Shown here in pieces: positions 37,870-51,500 of a DNA stretch of 64,000 bases. Both the position numbers and the translations under genes were made by a program. The stretch covers positions 103,292,001-103,356,000 of the forward strand of contig NC_043002.1 of the NCBI RefSeq assembly GCF_006345805.1, given 5' to 3'. The DNA comes from Octopus sinensis (Eukaryota). Positions within the stretch are counted from its first letter, which is position 1; every line of letters starts with the position of its first letter. The notes beneath the pieces were generated by a model that ran no database searches, was not told the origin of the DNA, and was given only the letters and a program-made list of their open reading frames with translations.

Positions 37870-38690
37870 AGCCTGTCACTTACACAAGTTCAAAACACGC
37901 TCCTACGAAATCCACAAACAGTAACCGGCTCCCTAAAAGAAAAAAAAAACACTCCTCAGGCGCATCAAAAACTCAGTAAAAAACAACAAGCAATTAAAAT
38001 ACTCCCACAAACAACATCCTTATTCAACAACAATGGAAAGGTTGGAGTTGGATAAAGTTCATCTACAGGCCTACATGAAAACCTCCAATGAAAATCAAAG
38101 AGCTGCGAAGGAACAGTGGGTAATGAAAAATAATCAAACCAGAAAGTGTTCTATTCTTATGCAAATAAGCATAAAACTACTGTCTCACCGATTGGGCCGT
38201 TGATCGAATGTAACGGCATTCCGCGACACAATGGTAAAGAAATGGCAGAAATACTGCAGAAACAATACTGCTCTGTCATTAGTGATCCCACTGATATTGA
38301 CGTAGGAGAAGTAATCGAAGTTGATTCCCAACATAAAATCTCGGACATAACCTTCACTGCCGCAGACATCATAGCAGCAATAAATAAGGTCAAATACTAT
38401 TCTACTGTAGGGCCTGAGAGATTCCCTGCTTGTCTCCTGAAGGGATGTAGACACCAACTCGCAGTCCCTCTGTCCAACCTCTGGAAAAATTCTAGACTCA
38501 GATTATATACCGAAACATCTCTTATCCCAGTCTGTCATCATGGTTTTCAAGCAGGGAAAGAGATCTCTTGCAGTCAAATATCGCCCAATCTCTTTCACCA
38601 GCCACATCATTAAAGTGTTTGAAAGAGTGGTAAGATCAAGGATAGCTGGCTTCCTGGAGATCCACAGACTCCTAAATGTAAATCAACATT
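37870..38690 (+). pseudogene. CR1-group LINE ORF2 fragment (linker to start of RT)
   Basis: FYSYANK...IGPL...MAEILQKQYCSV, GPERFPACLLK, YRPISFTSHIIKVFERVV...LLNVNQH. Confidence 0.8.
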
Positions 38691-38952
38691 TTTAGCGTAA
38701 CACCAATCTTAGTCTTCGAAAATATTCCATCATCAGTTTTTCTTTCATTTCCTTCTCTATGATTTCGTTGAACTCGATTATGCCAAGGTATTTGTAGCCT
38801 TCCTGTTCTATTTGTTTAAAGATGTCTCTGTTTGTTAATTGTATATCTGCTAGGCACTGAATTTTGCTTCTTTTCAGGTACATTATACCACACTTCTTGA
38901 GTTGAAATTCTATTCGAATATCAGCACTAAAACGGTGGACCGTGTTCCCCAA
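38691..38952 (-). pseudogene. R4/Dong RT C-terminal fragment
   Basis: FSADIRIEFQLKKC, GYKYLGIIE, EYFRRLRLVLR. Confidence 0.8.
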
Positions 38953-39129
38953 AGATTTCCATTATGCTTCATCCTTGCCATACATATTCAAATCATTAAT
39001 GAAGACGACGTGGTCGATTGTTTGAGATTTTCTCTTCAGTTGATGTCCCAGGTTCATTATCATCATTGTTTTTGTTTTTGTTTTTGTTGTTGTTGTTGTC
39101 ATGTCTATTATCGAAAGCATGATGCTGAT

Positions 39130-39370
39130 AATTCAGTGTTGATGAACGGGAGCTGTTTCAATCCATGACGATCGCATTCCGAAATGTGTTTTGTATGGCC
39201 AACATATAAAGGAATTCTGCAATGGAGGAAGATGCGTCGTTATATAAAGGATTTGTGTGGAAGCAGTCACTAACATCCGTACAGTTGTATCTAACATCTT
39301 TGGAAAGTTGTCTAACAGATCTGAGTAGCGTAAAATGTATAATGATAAGTTTGACTCAATGAAACAGAAC
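39130..39370 (+). pseudogene. old RTE 3' fragment
   Basis: DDRIPKCVLYGQ (M.D.R.PK..LYG motif). Confidence 0.55.
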
Positions 39371-39624
39371 AATGGAAGTATTTTCTCCTACGATCAACAG
39401 ATATATTTTTCCAATCCGTGGCAAAGTCAAAATCTTCATTGTCCTCATTAGGTTTTCACAGCAATATCCTTATCGGGACACAAATCACATTCAAATACAT
39501 GCTGATTATTTTATCTTCATCCTTTTCTCTTAACATTTCCTTCGAGCGCTATACGTCAAGACCGATAGGAGTACAATCATCATTCTCTTTATTGTTATTG
39601 TTCTTCTTGTTTTAACTATAGCAA

Positions 39625-39830
39625 TAAGGCGGTGAGATTGCAGAATCGTTAGCACGTAGGGCAAAATGATTAGCGTATTCCGTCCGCCTTTACGTACTCA
39701 GCTCAAATTCCGCCCGAAGTCAACTTTGCATTTCGTCGTTTCGGGATCGATAAAATAAGTACCGAGTTCCGGATTTATCCCATCCTCACAAAGCTTTAAT
39801 CTTTGTGCCCATATTAGAAACGATTATATC
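39625..39830 (+). mobile_element. older SINE A-related copy
   Basis: Head ggcggtgagattgcagaatcgttagcacg and central domain; similar relics at 5050-5162, 30480-30780, 42345-42460, 42610-42835, 47740-47930, 62940-63090. Confidence 0.7.
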
Positions 39831-40075
39831 TATTTTTGTTAGTCTTGTTATTAAAGTATTTTGGATTTTATTATTACAAAATTTGCCACTGAGAGTTAAA
39901 CATATTCCTTCTCCGTTCTAAACGTGGTAAGAAACTGACTAAGCTGTATAACTGCTTCTATCTTAAGAAGCACCGCATACATCAAGGTAATCCTTTACAC
40001 CGTCATTTACAGCTGTCGTTCTCAATAAATATAGGTATGCGCAGACTCAAACAAGCTACTATCATTTATTTATTT

Positions 40076-40480
40076 ATTACCCACAAGGGCTAAACATAAA
40101 ATGGACAAACAAGGACAGGCAAAGGGATTAAGTCGATTACATCGACCCCAGGGCGAAACTGGTAGTTTATTTATCGACCACGATAGGATGAAAGGCAAAG
40201 TCGACCTCGGCGGAATTTGAACTCAGAACGTAACGACAGACGAAATACCTATTTCTTTACTACCCACAAGGGGCTAAACACAGAGGGGACAAATAGGGAC
40301 AGACAAACGGATTAAGTCGATTACAACGACCCCAGTGCGTAACTGGTACTTAATTTATCGACCCCGAAATGATGAAAGGCAAAGTCGACCTCGGCGGAAT
40401 TTGAACTTAGAACGTAATGCCAGACGAAATACGGCTACGCATTTCGCCCGGCGTCCTAACGTTCCTGCCAGTTCGCCGCT
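40076..40480 (-). mobile_element. SINE family A dimer
   Basis: Full unit plus headless unit, junction at 40246/40247. Confidence 0.9.
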
Positions 40481-41530
40481 TTAGAAGCTACTACTAATAC
40501 CAATGCTTGCTCTTCGTGAGTTCGTAGATAAGATCTAATTGCCTCCCCTCCCATGTCCTTCTGTGTTCAACACCATTTAAACGTGAAGTTACACGTTCTG
40601 TATCTAATTTACGTATTATATACTCGCCGCTGTAATTAATTTGCTTCTTTAGTCAGTGTTTCTGGCGAAGGGTCAGGAAATTATTATTGTGGAATAAATT
40701 TAAATACAGTTTTATGTAGTATCGAAAATTAGTTCATCATATAAAACGTTAGAAAATAACGAAGATCTGCTGAAAATGTACAATTATAATTAATACTTCG
40801 TTGTAATTATTATTTAAACACGCGACAGAATAATTAATTAAGCAAGATAACGTAAACCAAAATGATTAATTCGATTTCCGTAAAGATATCTGTATGTATC
40901 CAACGTATTGTTACTTGCTACGGAATACATTATAAGTTTTAATTTCTCATGGTAACACATGCCTAGCAATGAAATTATCAGAGTTTCGGTATCGACACGA
41001 TATTATTTTCTTTTTATATTAGACTTAATTAAGCTTTACACCCTAATGATCGTAGATATAAAAAATAGATTATTATGCGCGAAATATATGCAAGTCTTGC
41101 TGAGGAATAAACTTGATTGCAATCACCCAGCCCAGGCTTGTGTTGGTGTCAACTAACTTTAGATTGTTAGTGAAATAGGGATTTACCTAATAAGTTATGT
41201 CGCTTTGAGAACTGAGGGAAACTAAATTAATATTATCCATGTTTGGTCGTACGATATGTGAGTAAAAATAGCCGAACAGACCTAGAAATCTTGAGGTAAA
41301 TATTTAAGAACTGGAGCACTGGTGCACGGGACAAGAAAAAACAATACTTTAGTGTTGGTCGCAGTTGGAATGCTGATTAGGCAGACATCAATTATATATT
41401 TTTTCTTTAACTCTTTGGATGTTCATGCTCCTATGCGATATCTAATTTCCCGCCTCACTCTCTCCCCACCCTCTTTCTCTTTCTCTCTCTCTCTCACCCT
41501 CTCTCTCTATCCCTCTCTCTCTCTCTCTTC

Positions 41531-41933
41531 TGATCCATTTTATCGGGTTCGATAAATTAAGTACCAGTTACGCACTGGGGTCGTTGTAATCGACTTAATC
41601 CGTTTGTCTGTCCTTGTTTGTCCCCTCTGTGTTTAGCTCCTTGTGGGTAGTAAAGAAATAGGTATTTCGTCTGTCGTTACGTTCTGAGTTCAAATTCCGC
41701 CGAGGTCGACTTTGCCTTCCATCCTTTCGGGTCCGATAAATTAAGTACCAGTTACGCACTGGGGTCGTTGTAATCGACTTAATCCGTCTGTCTGTCCTTG
41801 TTTGTCCCCTCTGTGTTTAGCCCCTTGTGGGTAGTAAAGAAATAGGTATTTCGTCTGTCGTTACGTTCTGAGTTCAAATTCCGCCGAGGTCGACTTTGCC
41901 TTTCATCCTATCGTGGTCGATAAATAAAGTACC
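41531..41933 (+). mobile_element. SINE family A headless array (~2.2 units of 184 bp)
   Basis: Junctions at 41663/41664 and 41847/41848; begins and ends mid-unit. Confidence 0.92.
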
Positions 41934-43287
41934 AAAATTATACCTCGAAAATTTCAAACTAAAATAAATTTAAATACACTGACAATATAAAGCAAAGCCA
42001 TCAATTATATTAATATTCCATCTACCTATTTCTTTTTACACCATTATTTGTAATGGCGGCAAATTCTGTATTTTGATTCATAACAAATTGTTGAAGAAAT
42101 ATATAACAGCCGTACACTTTCTGCTGTGTATTTGTGACTGCATGTAGGACTGGAACGTACTTGAAATAGTATAAAATCTATAATTTAGGATGTGCCGTGT
42201 TGACTGAAGTTTTGCCCTTTTGAAGAATGGAAAAAATAGATAATATTATGTAATACGTCTATAATATTGTTTTCAAATTTTGGAAGGAAACCAACAGGTT
42301 TCAGGTTTAGAATATTGGAATGAACAGTTTGACAAGTACTTATGTTTTTGGAGGCCAAAGGGATGAAAAGCAAAGTCGACCTCAGCAGAATTTGAAGTCA
42401 GAATATAAAAACGGACAAAAAGCCGCTAAGCGCTCTTCCTAATGATTCTGCCATGTGGCCACATTTGGCTCCTCTATAATATTTCACTAGAAATATTTGA
42501 CGTAATCTAACTATAAACAAAATCTAGTAAATATTAATAATGTCATCAAAACACTTATATTTGATCCCTGTTAAAATTTCAGCTTGGAATATTAATATTA
42601 ATACAAGGGTTGGCGGCAAACTGGCACAATCGTTAGCACTCCCTAGAAAAATTCTTGGCGACATTTCGTCCGTACGAGCGTTCGCTTTTCAAATTTCGCC
42701 GAGGTCGTCTTTGCTTTTAATTTTTTTTTTTCAGGATTGATAAAATAAGAACCAGTTGACCAATGGAGTCAAGGTGAGCGACTTACCCACTTCCCGAAGA
42801 TGCTGGCGTTCTACCAAAATTTCAAACCAATATTAATATTGAGACTTACGAGAACCACACGCGCATATTAAAACGGAAGGTTTTGCGAAATCTCCTCCAA
42901 CTTGAAGTGAGTTGATGGCAAGCGATATATGTATTCAGTACAAATGAGCCTATAGAAAATATAAATTGCATCCAAATATAGAATAATTACAGAGATTAAT
43001 TAAATTTATATTGGCAACGGTATTCAATAATTGACAAACATTGAATTGGAAAATCCATTATCTACCTGACGTTAGTAGGTTGGTTGCAATCCGATCATCT
43101 GGTTAATGAGCTGGAATTTCAGCGTCAAAAAGAGTTAATCGAAATACGATAAAATCTGAAATGAGACGTGAATGGTATGTTCCACAAGTTGGATTAAGTA
43201 GTTAACAAGTGTGAATCGAGCATATAGGAGATTATGTTTATAATCCGCAAGTTAAAGTGAGGCATAATTCGAATATACAAGTAACTT

Positions 43288-43352
<65 letters not shown>

Positions 43353-43439
43353 GGATATATATAGAGTCAATGCAATTAAGCAAACAATACAAATGCAGAG
43401 AAAAAGAAACAAACACGCCTAAGGACGTGCACAAGAAAC

Positions 43440-43755
43440 ATATTGATTGGGTATTCGGTGGAGGGAAAGATTACTGTTAATGTTTAGAGCATAGCATTTC
43501 GTCGGAAAGAGGAAAGTCAAAGGAGAAAGAAGGAAAAATCCATGTATCATGTTGATTCGTTAGCTACTGCACGCATTTTTTTTTCTCTCCTTCTTTCTGT
43601 GTTTTTCTCTCTCTGTGTATCTTTCTGTTGAAGAGCGTAGGCTCGAAACGTTAAAGACTTGTTTTATTTATATTTCCTGAGCGCCATACTAATACAATTG
43701 TTCGTTTGTCTTCCACCTGCCTTCGTCTTTTGTTTATTTTCATAAAGCTTCCCGT

Positions 43756-43756
<1 letters not shown>
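43440..43756 (+). mobile_element. Penelope-like terminal repeat with a minimal hammerhead-like motif
   Basis: Motif at 43620-43657; ends at (TA)n; related inverted end at 43787-44010. Confidence 0.55.
43620..43657 (+). ncRNA. atypical minimal hammerhead motif
   Basis: Stem I TCTTT/AAAGA, core CTGTTGA+A, stem II GAG/CTC, GAA, palindromic ACGT stem III, N17=U. Confidence 0.5.
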
Positions 43757-43786
<30 letters not shown>

Positions 43787-44010
43787 ACATATTGTGAGAA
43801 TTTACGAAATAAGCAAAACGACGAAAAAAGTTACAACAAGCTGATGTATTAGTTTAACGCTCGGGAAGTGAAAGGTTTAAACGTCGTGGTGTACTGGAGC
43901 GATTTCTCATCAGAGGAAGAGTCCATTGTAATACATGGGTAGGAGAGTTGCAGCCGAAGTGTAGGAGTCCGAGTGTAGGAGAGTAGACAGTCCTGGTAGA
44001 GTATAAAAGT
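43787..44010 (-). mobile_element. Penelope-like terminal repeat with a decayed hammerhead (CTGATGA at 43907-43913)
   Basis: 3' end resembles the 43440-43756 end (ttcgtc.ttt.g.tta.tt.c.taaa); GAAA half of the core is lost. Confidence 0.45.
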
Positions 44011-44330
44011 GTGTGTATCTATAGTGTATATACATACATAGATATATATGTGTTTGTGTGTGTGTGTGTCTGTGTGTGTGTGATTGCATGGACAAATACT
44101 TGCAGCGTCTCTGATCGACATCACAAACATGCTCTTTGTTGAGAAAGTAGTACTCCACCGAAAAGACGCAAAAATGTCCTAGCCCGCTGTTTCACAAATA
44201 AATATATATATTTATGCATGTATGTATGTATGTATGTATATATATATATATCACCGATTAGGTAGCTGTTGCAGCAGAGAATAGGTCTTTGATAAGCTAG
44301 TTGTCCGTAAATGTTTCTACTATTCCGACT

Positions 44331-44565
44331 TGTTGTAAGTTTTCCTTCATTTTAATTAGGATAAGGCTCATTCGCGTAATATCAATGTATTTTATGAGAA
44401 ATAACAATACAACGTTCGTAAAACCCCAAAGATTAACTGCCGTTTACAACCTTTTATGAACCTCATCCTAATTAAAATGAAGGAAAACTTAGAACAGTTA
44501 ATCTTTGGGGTGTTACGAAAGTTATGTTGTTATTTCTCATAAAATACATTGATATTACGTGAATG
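44331..44565. repeat. interleaved inverted repeats X-Y-spacer-X'-Y'
   Basis: X 44331-44366 / X' 44461-44496; Y 44369-44439 / Y' 44495-44565. Confidence 0.88.
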
Positions 44566-46196
44566 ATCTTGTTTGGGATACTGTAAGTGGCAAGGTTAAT
44601 AATTAATGCTTTGTAGTTTAGCGGTTCTGATGAATATAAAATGTTAAAATAGTTCTCGTGAGCTCCATTAATTCAAACTGATCTTGGTTACCGTGGTATG
44701 GAAGAGAAAGACCATAAAAAACCACCCCACAAGACTTGTACGCATTTCAGCTGCCAATAATGAAATGATGCGTAATGAAGGAAACAATAGGTTATCAGGT
44801 CTGCAACTGGTCCCACTGATCTTTTATTATTCGAGAAGCATTGTAGTCATTAAGAAACATTGTTAAATATGTGCTTATGTGTGTATATATGTGTGTGTGT
44901 GTGAGAAGGCGTGTGGACGTGTGTGCATGTGTGTGTATCAGTGTGAACGTATATGTACCTGTCAATCTGTAGAGGTACAGAAAACTATATACGTTTCTGC
45001 TTACAGTAAATATTTCGTGAGATACGTGTATATAAAATTCAAAACACTAAGAATTCATACATTTATATAAGTCAAAGACATTTGCTTATTATGGAATTAT
45101 ATCATACAAGAATTTGGTGCGAAGATTGCATTCATATATTATGAAACAATCCTGCTGCCAGATAAGGAACTATTGTCCAAAAGCTGTAAAGGTGAAACAG
45201 CCGCTGAAGATAAATACTCCAATGAGTAAATTATTGGAATACACATTGTCTATTGACTGTCATAGGAGCTGTTGGCTAATGTAATGAATTGAATGCCAGC
45301 TGGTCGGTTGTTACAATAACAGTGCTATGTGTGCGCTTTGATAGCCTTACACTATCAGCGAGTAACATAACCTGACAAAATCAGTGGATAGGTGTTCATA
45401 TTGCTTTATTTCCTCATGTATAAACAGAATTGTATTAATAACCATTTAAAGATATTAATGACACAAATTCATCGTTTCTATCGATTAATCAGATGAAGGC
45501 GACTAAATATAGCACTTCCAGAATACAGCAAAACGTAGCTGGTGGTTACTTGCGAATGAATAGGGCTTGATATGGACGTCATATCAAACTGTCACTTGTA
45601 ATCCAGAAAAAAAAAACATGAAAAGAAGAAGTGTTTTGTTTTTTCCCTAGCACCATCAGGCTGTAATTCTTATTTGTAGATTAAAATAGCATAAATGTAG
45701 GTGCCTTACAGACGGACACAATATTGAATATGATCCAGGAATTCAGCCCACCACTGTCTGATCCTGGGCCGAATAATTCTAACCACCATGTCTTGTAATT
45801 CATTTTTATAGATTATTATATGCAGTGTGGATACTTATATTTTAGGGGAATTTTTTTTGAAAATATGACTGCATTTCTGTTTGCAGAAAGCGATTTAGAA
45901 GTAATTTTTACGAATCAGAGTTCTTCAAAAATCGTTCTCAACACCTTAACACCAGAAGAATTAAACAAATAATCTTCTCTTAAGTTGTTAAATAAAGACG
46001 CGTCGCTCGTCGCTGGCAAGCGATAAATCATAGATTTCTCAGTTGAAGTTTGTCATGGTGCCAATCAACAAACAACATTAATTCTAAAACGAAACGGAAA
46101 ATGTACAACTTACACTCACATAGAATTCATATTTTATTTTTACTAATGAGAAAAATACACATTCTGATCTCACATTGTAATTATTTGACTATATAG

Positions 46197-46449
46197 TTGG
46201 AGCATTATATACTTTGTGGAAAGCGAAATGTAGGAGGACATTTGTACATAATCTACCAAAACTGAAGGTAATGCATAAATTGGCTGCCTCAGTCTGTATT
46301 CGGAACCGCATTGAGCATTTAGAATTGTGTGGTTATTATCCCTTGTTCTACACTTATTTAATGCCACTTAACATTGAATATTTCCAGGCAGCCAATCGAG
46401 GCAATTATCGCCATACATTCAGAGACAAACACATCTGTTTTAGGCTATG
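46197..46449 (+). CDS. candidate exon pair 46197-46267 and 46388-46449 joined in frame over a 120-nt intron
   Basis: GTAATG donor and atttccag acceptor; VGALYTLWKAKCRRTFVHNLPKLK-AANRGNYRHTFRDKHICFRL. Confidence 0.35.
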
Positions 46450-46852
46450 GTATACATTTTTGACTTCATCATAGAATGAACTAGAAGAGTGCTACGATGT
46501 TTTGCGTGAACTAGCTGCCATGTATCTATCACAAAACCCACACATTTGTAGACAACTGGACATTTTATACCGCCTTAACATTGCTCAAACACGTGTCACC
46601 TGCATGCAATGTAGATGCCACCAGCCAACCCTGAATTATTTCCATAAAAAGGAACATTCGGAGTAACATTTATTGCAGGTGGTTATACCTTCCTTGTTTC
46701 TTCTAACGCGAAAATAGAAATAATAACTTCTGTACCACAAATATGAATAAAACACCAATGGAGCCCAGTGCATATGAATGGCATTCGACTGAAGCACGCA
46801 TCGGCACTCTAAGTTCAGTGCTTCACTACAATCGGGGGTCCTTAATATACAG

Positions 46853-47262
46853 AGAACTGTATCCTTTAAGACCCAGAAACTATTTCAACTGCCAACGACT
46901 GATGATATGAACACAGATAATGTCCACATACCTGGGACGGTGCAGTTCTATCAGTAAGCCACAGCCCTGTCTCCTAAGCTTGCTTTTGTTTCTACTCTGA
47001 TCCTCGGACTTAGTTCTTCTCATCCATCAATAACTCAGGTACTACCAACACCTAAGCCATATTTTGTATTCTTGTCATTCGTAGTGCAAATATTTCCCTC
47101 AGTTCTGCACTAAAATACACCCCTTCTTACCCGAAATATCGGCCATTCGACATTGTAACCGTAGATATAAATCACGTGACATTCATGGCTGGAATTCATT
47201 TCATTCTCCACAACCCGATCAAAGCTGAACTGTGTCTAAACAACTACAATATTTTATGTTGA
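46853..47262 (+). CDS. candidate exon pair 46853-46953 and 47085-47262 joined in frame over a 131-nt intron
   Basis: GTAAGC donor, pyrimidine-rich tcgtag acceptor; RTVSFKTQKLFQLP...QFY-H-ANISLSSALKYTP...LCLNNYNILC*. Confidence 0.35.
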
Positions 47263-48885
47263 TTACATGTAATTATTCATATCGCTAATGGCATATTCTA
47301 ATCAATCGAAACCGAATCGAAATTTCAAATACATCAAAAGAATGAGCTTAAAAAGTTAATTCGGCTGCTTTAGTTTGTACTATGTTATGAATGTTTAAGA
47401 AGTACTAGATTGCCTGAAACCAAATACATCGTTTATCATTATATTATTAATATTATTATTTTAGGAGTAAACCAGGGAAGTTTCATATGACCTTAATAGC
47501 TCGTAGAAGTATCACATAAATCTCATTAAATTCACAGCTGATACTATTAAATACTGTTGTAGCTGTGTAACCTCATGTCAATGGTGATTGACGAGTCCTG
47601 CGCAGTATTCCAGCTGTGAATATTCTGTGGTATCTTGGAATAGACTGCATATTGTCATTTCTTTATTTAATTAATATTTTTCATTAGTTCATGAATTCTT
47701 TGTAATTTTGGCACAACATTAGCAGTTTTCAACGGAGATAATAAGTCGATTACATCATACAACGTGCTTGATTGCTGACGCTTTATTTTCGACCAAGAAA
47801 TGATGACAGCAACTGAATCTCAGTGAAATTTGAACGCAAAATATAAAAAAAGAAAACCGGAAGAAATTGTGTCGAGTATTTTATCTGGCACGCACACAAG
47901 ATTTTGTCAGTTCTCTGCCTTTGTAGGATTAGTTAATGAAGTTACATATAGGATACATAGACGACATGTGAATGTGTGAAAGATTTTTATTCCCGTTCAT
48001 TACAGTGCCCGTAGAATTTTCCACTGGCCTGGGAATTATAAATGAATAAAATGAGATATATGTATTAGAAACGGAATTATATATACCGAGTACTTTATGA
48101 TCTTCTTATTCGCCCTTTGTCATAAAATGCAGTTTCGTCTTGTTTGAGTGGGTCTGAGTCGTATTTTATACCGGAAATATCATGTTGAGAAACGGTCTTT
48201 CTCCTGCAGCTCAGTACAGGCACACATACGTACAATACAATTAACACGCACACACAAAAAATAAATAAAATACAAAAGAATAAGGGATATATTCCCAAGA
48301 AATGTAACCAAATTTTGAAAGCAAATTTTGTCCACATATTCAAAATATTACTTTTGACGTTTAATGCATTGATGAAATAAATGTTTATGGAAAATATGTG
48401 TGTGAGTATGTTTGTGCATGTATATTTACATGCATGTTTATAGTGTACAATACACATATATAGAAGTTCTGCACAAGCTATAAGGTGATGCACAAACACT
48501 CAGATCTTATAGCAGAAACAGTCCTAAGGCAATAGAGTGCATCGCACGATTTCCTGTCCTTTTGACACATTTTATTTCGTGTATGCCTGTCTTCATAAAC
48601 GAACGCACACAAACACACACGCATATGTGCGTTTATGTGTGCGCGTATGTGCGTGTGTGTATGCGTGCGTGCGTACATCGCTTTTTCAAATGTCCTGAAG
48701 AAGGGGTTATAATCCCAAAATATAGAAATACAAGATATCATTTGATTTCTTTTCTTTTCGTAGTTTACTTCGTATCTCCTCGCATTATTCTGATCTCATA
48801 CAACAAGTAATCTTAAAGTTATACACCAGAAAGCTTCACCAAATCTACTCAACTTTAAATTACTTAAATGTTTTACATATGTATG

Positions 48886-48919
<34 letters not shown>

Positions 48920-49564
48920 TGTATGTATGTATGTATGTATGTATGTATGTATGTATGTATGTATGTATGTATGCATGTATGTAGCAAATTCCTGTCTAAT
49001 TGAGTTAAATTCGAACAACTGTTGTGCTGATGACGACTAATTAGACTGAAACCCGTGCCAAACGTATCTCAAACGTATCTCACGTATCTCAAGACTATAA
49101 GCCTGTTTTTTCACGAATCTTGTGATTCTTTCACAACCAGAAGGAGAGCAGTTTATAATCGATCTTTATTAATTATAATGCCACTCTGGATGCAGAGTTA
49201 GTTTTCATGAATTAGAAAGTTGTATTACGTGGTCATTAATTACCTTAACATGTCTCCGATGTTTAAAATACATGCCACTAAGTCATTTCATAAATATTTA
49301 TACCTATGATTTTGTACTTGACCACAAAACAGCTATGTACGATAACAGTGCTCACTGTGATGTAAATAACATTCTAGATATCAACTCATCGTGGTAGGAC
49401 ACCATAAACATAAGTACCAAATATAATCTAATATATAGATCTCACTCAGAGGCGGGTTCTTGGTGTGGAGTGGGTATAAAAGTGGACACAAATGGTGTGT
49501 GTTTAATTGATGTACATATATATATTATTTTATTCTTTTATTAATTCTAAGCCTAGTACTTATA

Positions 49565-49795
49565 CTATCAGTGACTTTTGCTGACCCGCTAGGTCAAGGG
49601 GACCAAGTGATGGTAGGGGGACAAGCACAGACACACAAATACACACACACACACACTTATGTATATCTACGTCGGGCTTCTTCCAGTTCTCCTTTTACTA
49701 GATCCACTCACAAGTCGGCCCGTGGCTATAAACACTCGCCCAAGGTATGGTGCAATGGGACTGAACCCGGAACCATGTGGTTGGGAAAACAAACA
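49565..49795 (-). mobile_element. SINE family B, degenerate
   Basis: atgggactgaacccggaaccatgtggttgg head and cgtcgggcttctt mid-segment. Confidence 0.7.
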
Positions 49796-50710
49796 CATCT
49801 AATTTTGTTGGATCTTAGAAAAGATAAGTTACAAATAATGGCGTGTAAATATAGGGTTAAAAACCTTTGATAGAAAAAGTCGAAGTCTAACTTTAACAAC
49901 ATGCGTGTGTGTGTGTGTGTACGTGAATATATTAAACTTCTCAGTTCGATAACAATAGCATATTTGAAATGAATTATGGTCATATATAGGGTGATGTTAT
50001 GAACTACTATTTCCAGGACATCACATTGTCGCTGGTATCTTACTACCATCGACACCGTGTACAATTCCCGAAATATTTTGTTTTCCAAAAATAAAACAAG
50101 ATTGGTCGCAATATATCAGCGTGTATTGCTATCAAATGCGAATCAGGAACCAAAATCTAATATTTATTTTTTATATATTTATTTGTAGACAAATATTTAT
50201 CTCGTTCTCCCCATCTACGTTTAGATGATTACCACACAATTTTTACCTTAGCACAAAATCTAAATATTCTCATTGTTATGGAGTCTTTCCAGTATTTACA
50301 ATGCCAAAGACGTTAGCTGCAAACTGTCTTTTGAAATCGTTATTACTATTTGTATAATTTATCAAACGTTCTCGCTATCCAAAACGGAAGAAAGATAAAT
50401 ACAACAAACTAACCAGAAAATGATATTACACACACACACACAGACACACACATCTGCCTATACACTCACTTACAGAGGCATATATAAAGACGTATAGCAC
50501 GAATATATACCAGTTCAAACATACACACGTTTATACAAGAATTATATATATGTGTGTGTGTGTGCATGTGTTTATAAACACGCCTACAAATATATATATA
50601 TATACATACATACATACATAAATACATACATACATATACACACATATATATAGGGAATATAAACATATATATATACATATATATATATATATATGTATAT
50701 ATACATGTAT

Positions 50711-50759
<49 letters not shown>

Positions 50760-51317
50760 TATAATATATATAATATATATATATATACATATATATGGGG
50801 GAGGGTGAACACACACAAATATATGCATAATCTTATATACAGCACCTACACGCATTTTCATTTATCTTGTGTGTCTATATGTGTGTGTACATATATCAAG
50901 CATAGATATACACTCATATACATGCATACACACACACACTTACACACAAACTACATGTATATATACATATATAAATATATATATTTATGTGTAGGTTTAT
51001 ATACGTGTATATATGTTTGTATGTATGCGAGTGTGTCTCCGTCTGTATTTTATGCGTGTCTGTGTGTGTATAATATCGAATATATTTCTTTGCTGTGTGA
51101 TTAATGATCATAATAACATATATTATAGTTCGTGAGCTTTCTCTCTATTGATTTAGACGTACAAATATTAAAGAAAAAACACATCGTGGTCAATATATCA
51201 CAGCTTGTATGAGTAAAGTGGTGTTATATCAACATAAATCTTCAAATCTCTCTGTCAGTTAAACTGCAATAGAAAGAAAAATGTGGAGATGTTGATAATG
51301 CGTTACGTTGTTAAAGG

Positions 51318-51443
51318 GAAGAAGAAGAAGAAGAAGAAGAAGAAGAAGAAGAAGAAGAAGAAGAAGAAGAAGAAGAAGAAGAAGAAGAAGAAGAAGAAGA
51401 AGAAGAAGAAGAAGAAGAAGAAGAAGAAGAAGAAGAAGAAGAA

Positions 51444-51475
<32 letters not shown>

Positions 51476-51500
51476 AGAGGAAGAAAGAAAGCAAGAAAAG
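51318..51500. repeat. (GAA)n microsatellite
   Basis: Direct reading; long perfect run. Confidence 0.97.

Noticed and set aside
41531-41933. Repeat array as a CRISPR locus
   Set aside because: Units are contiguous 184-bp SINE copies with no unique spacers or cas genes, in eukaryotic DNA.
49021-49062. CTGATGA...GAAAC hammerhead candidate
   Set aside because: Stem II is mismatched, N17 would be G, and stem I does not pair.
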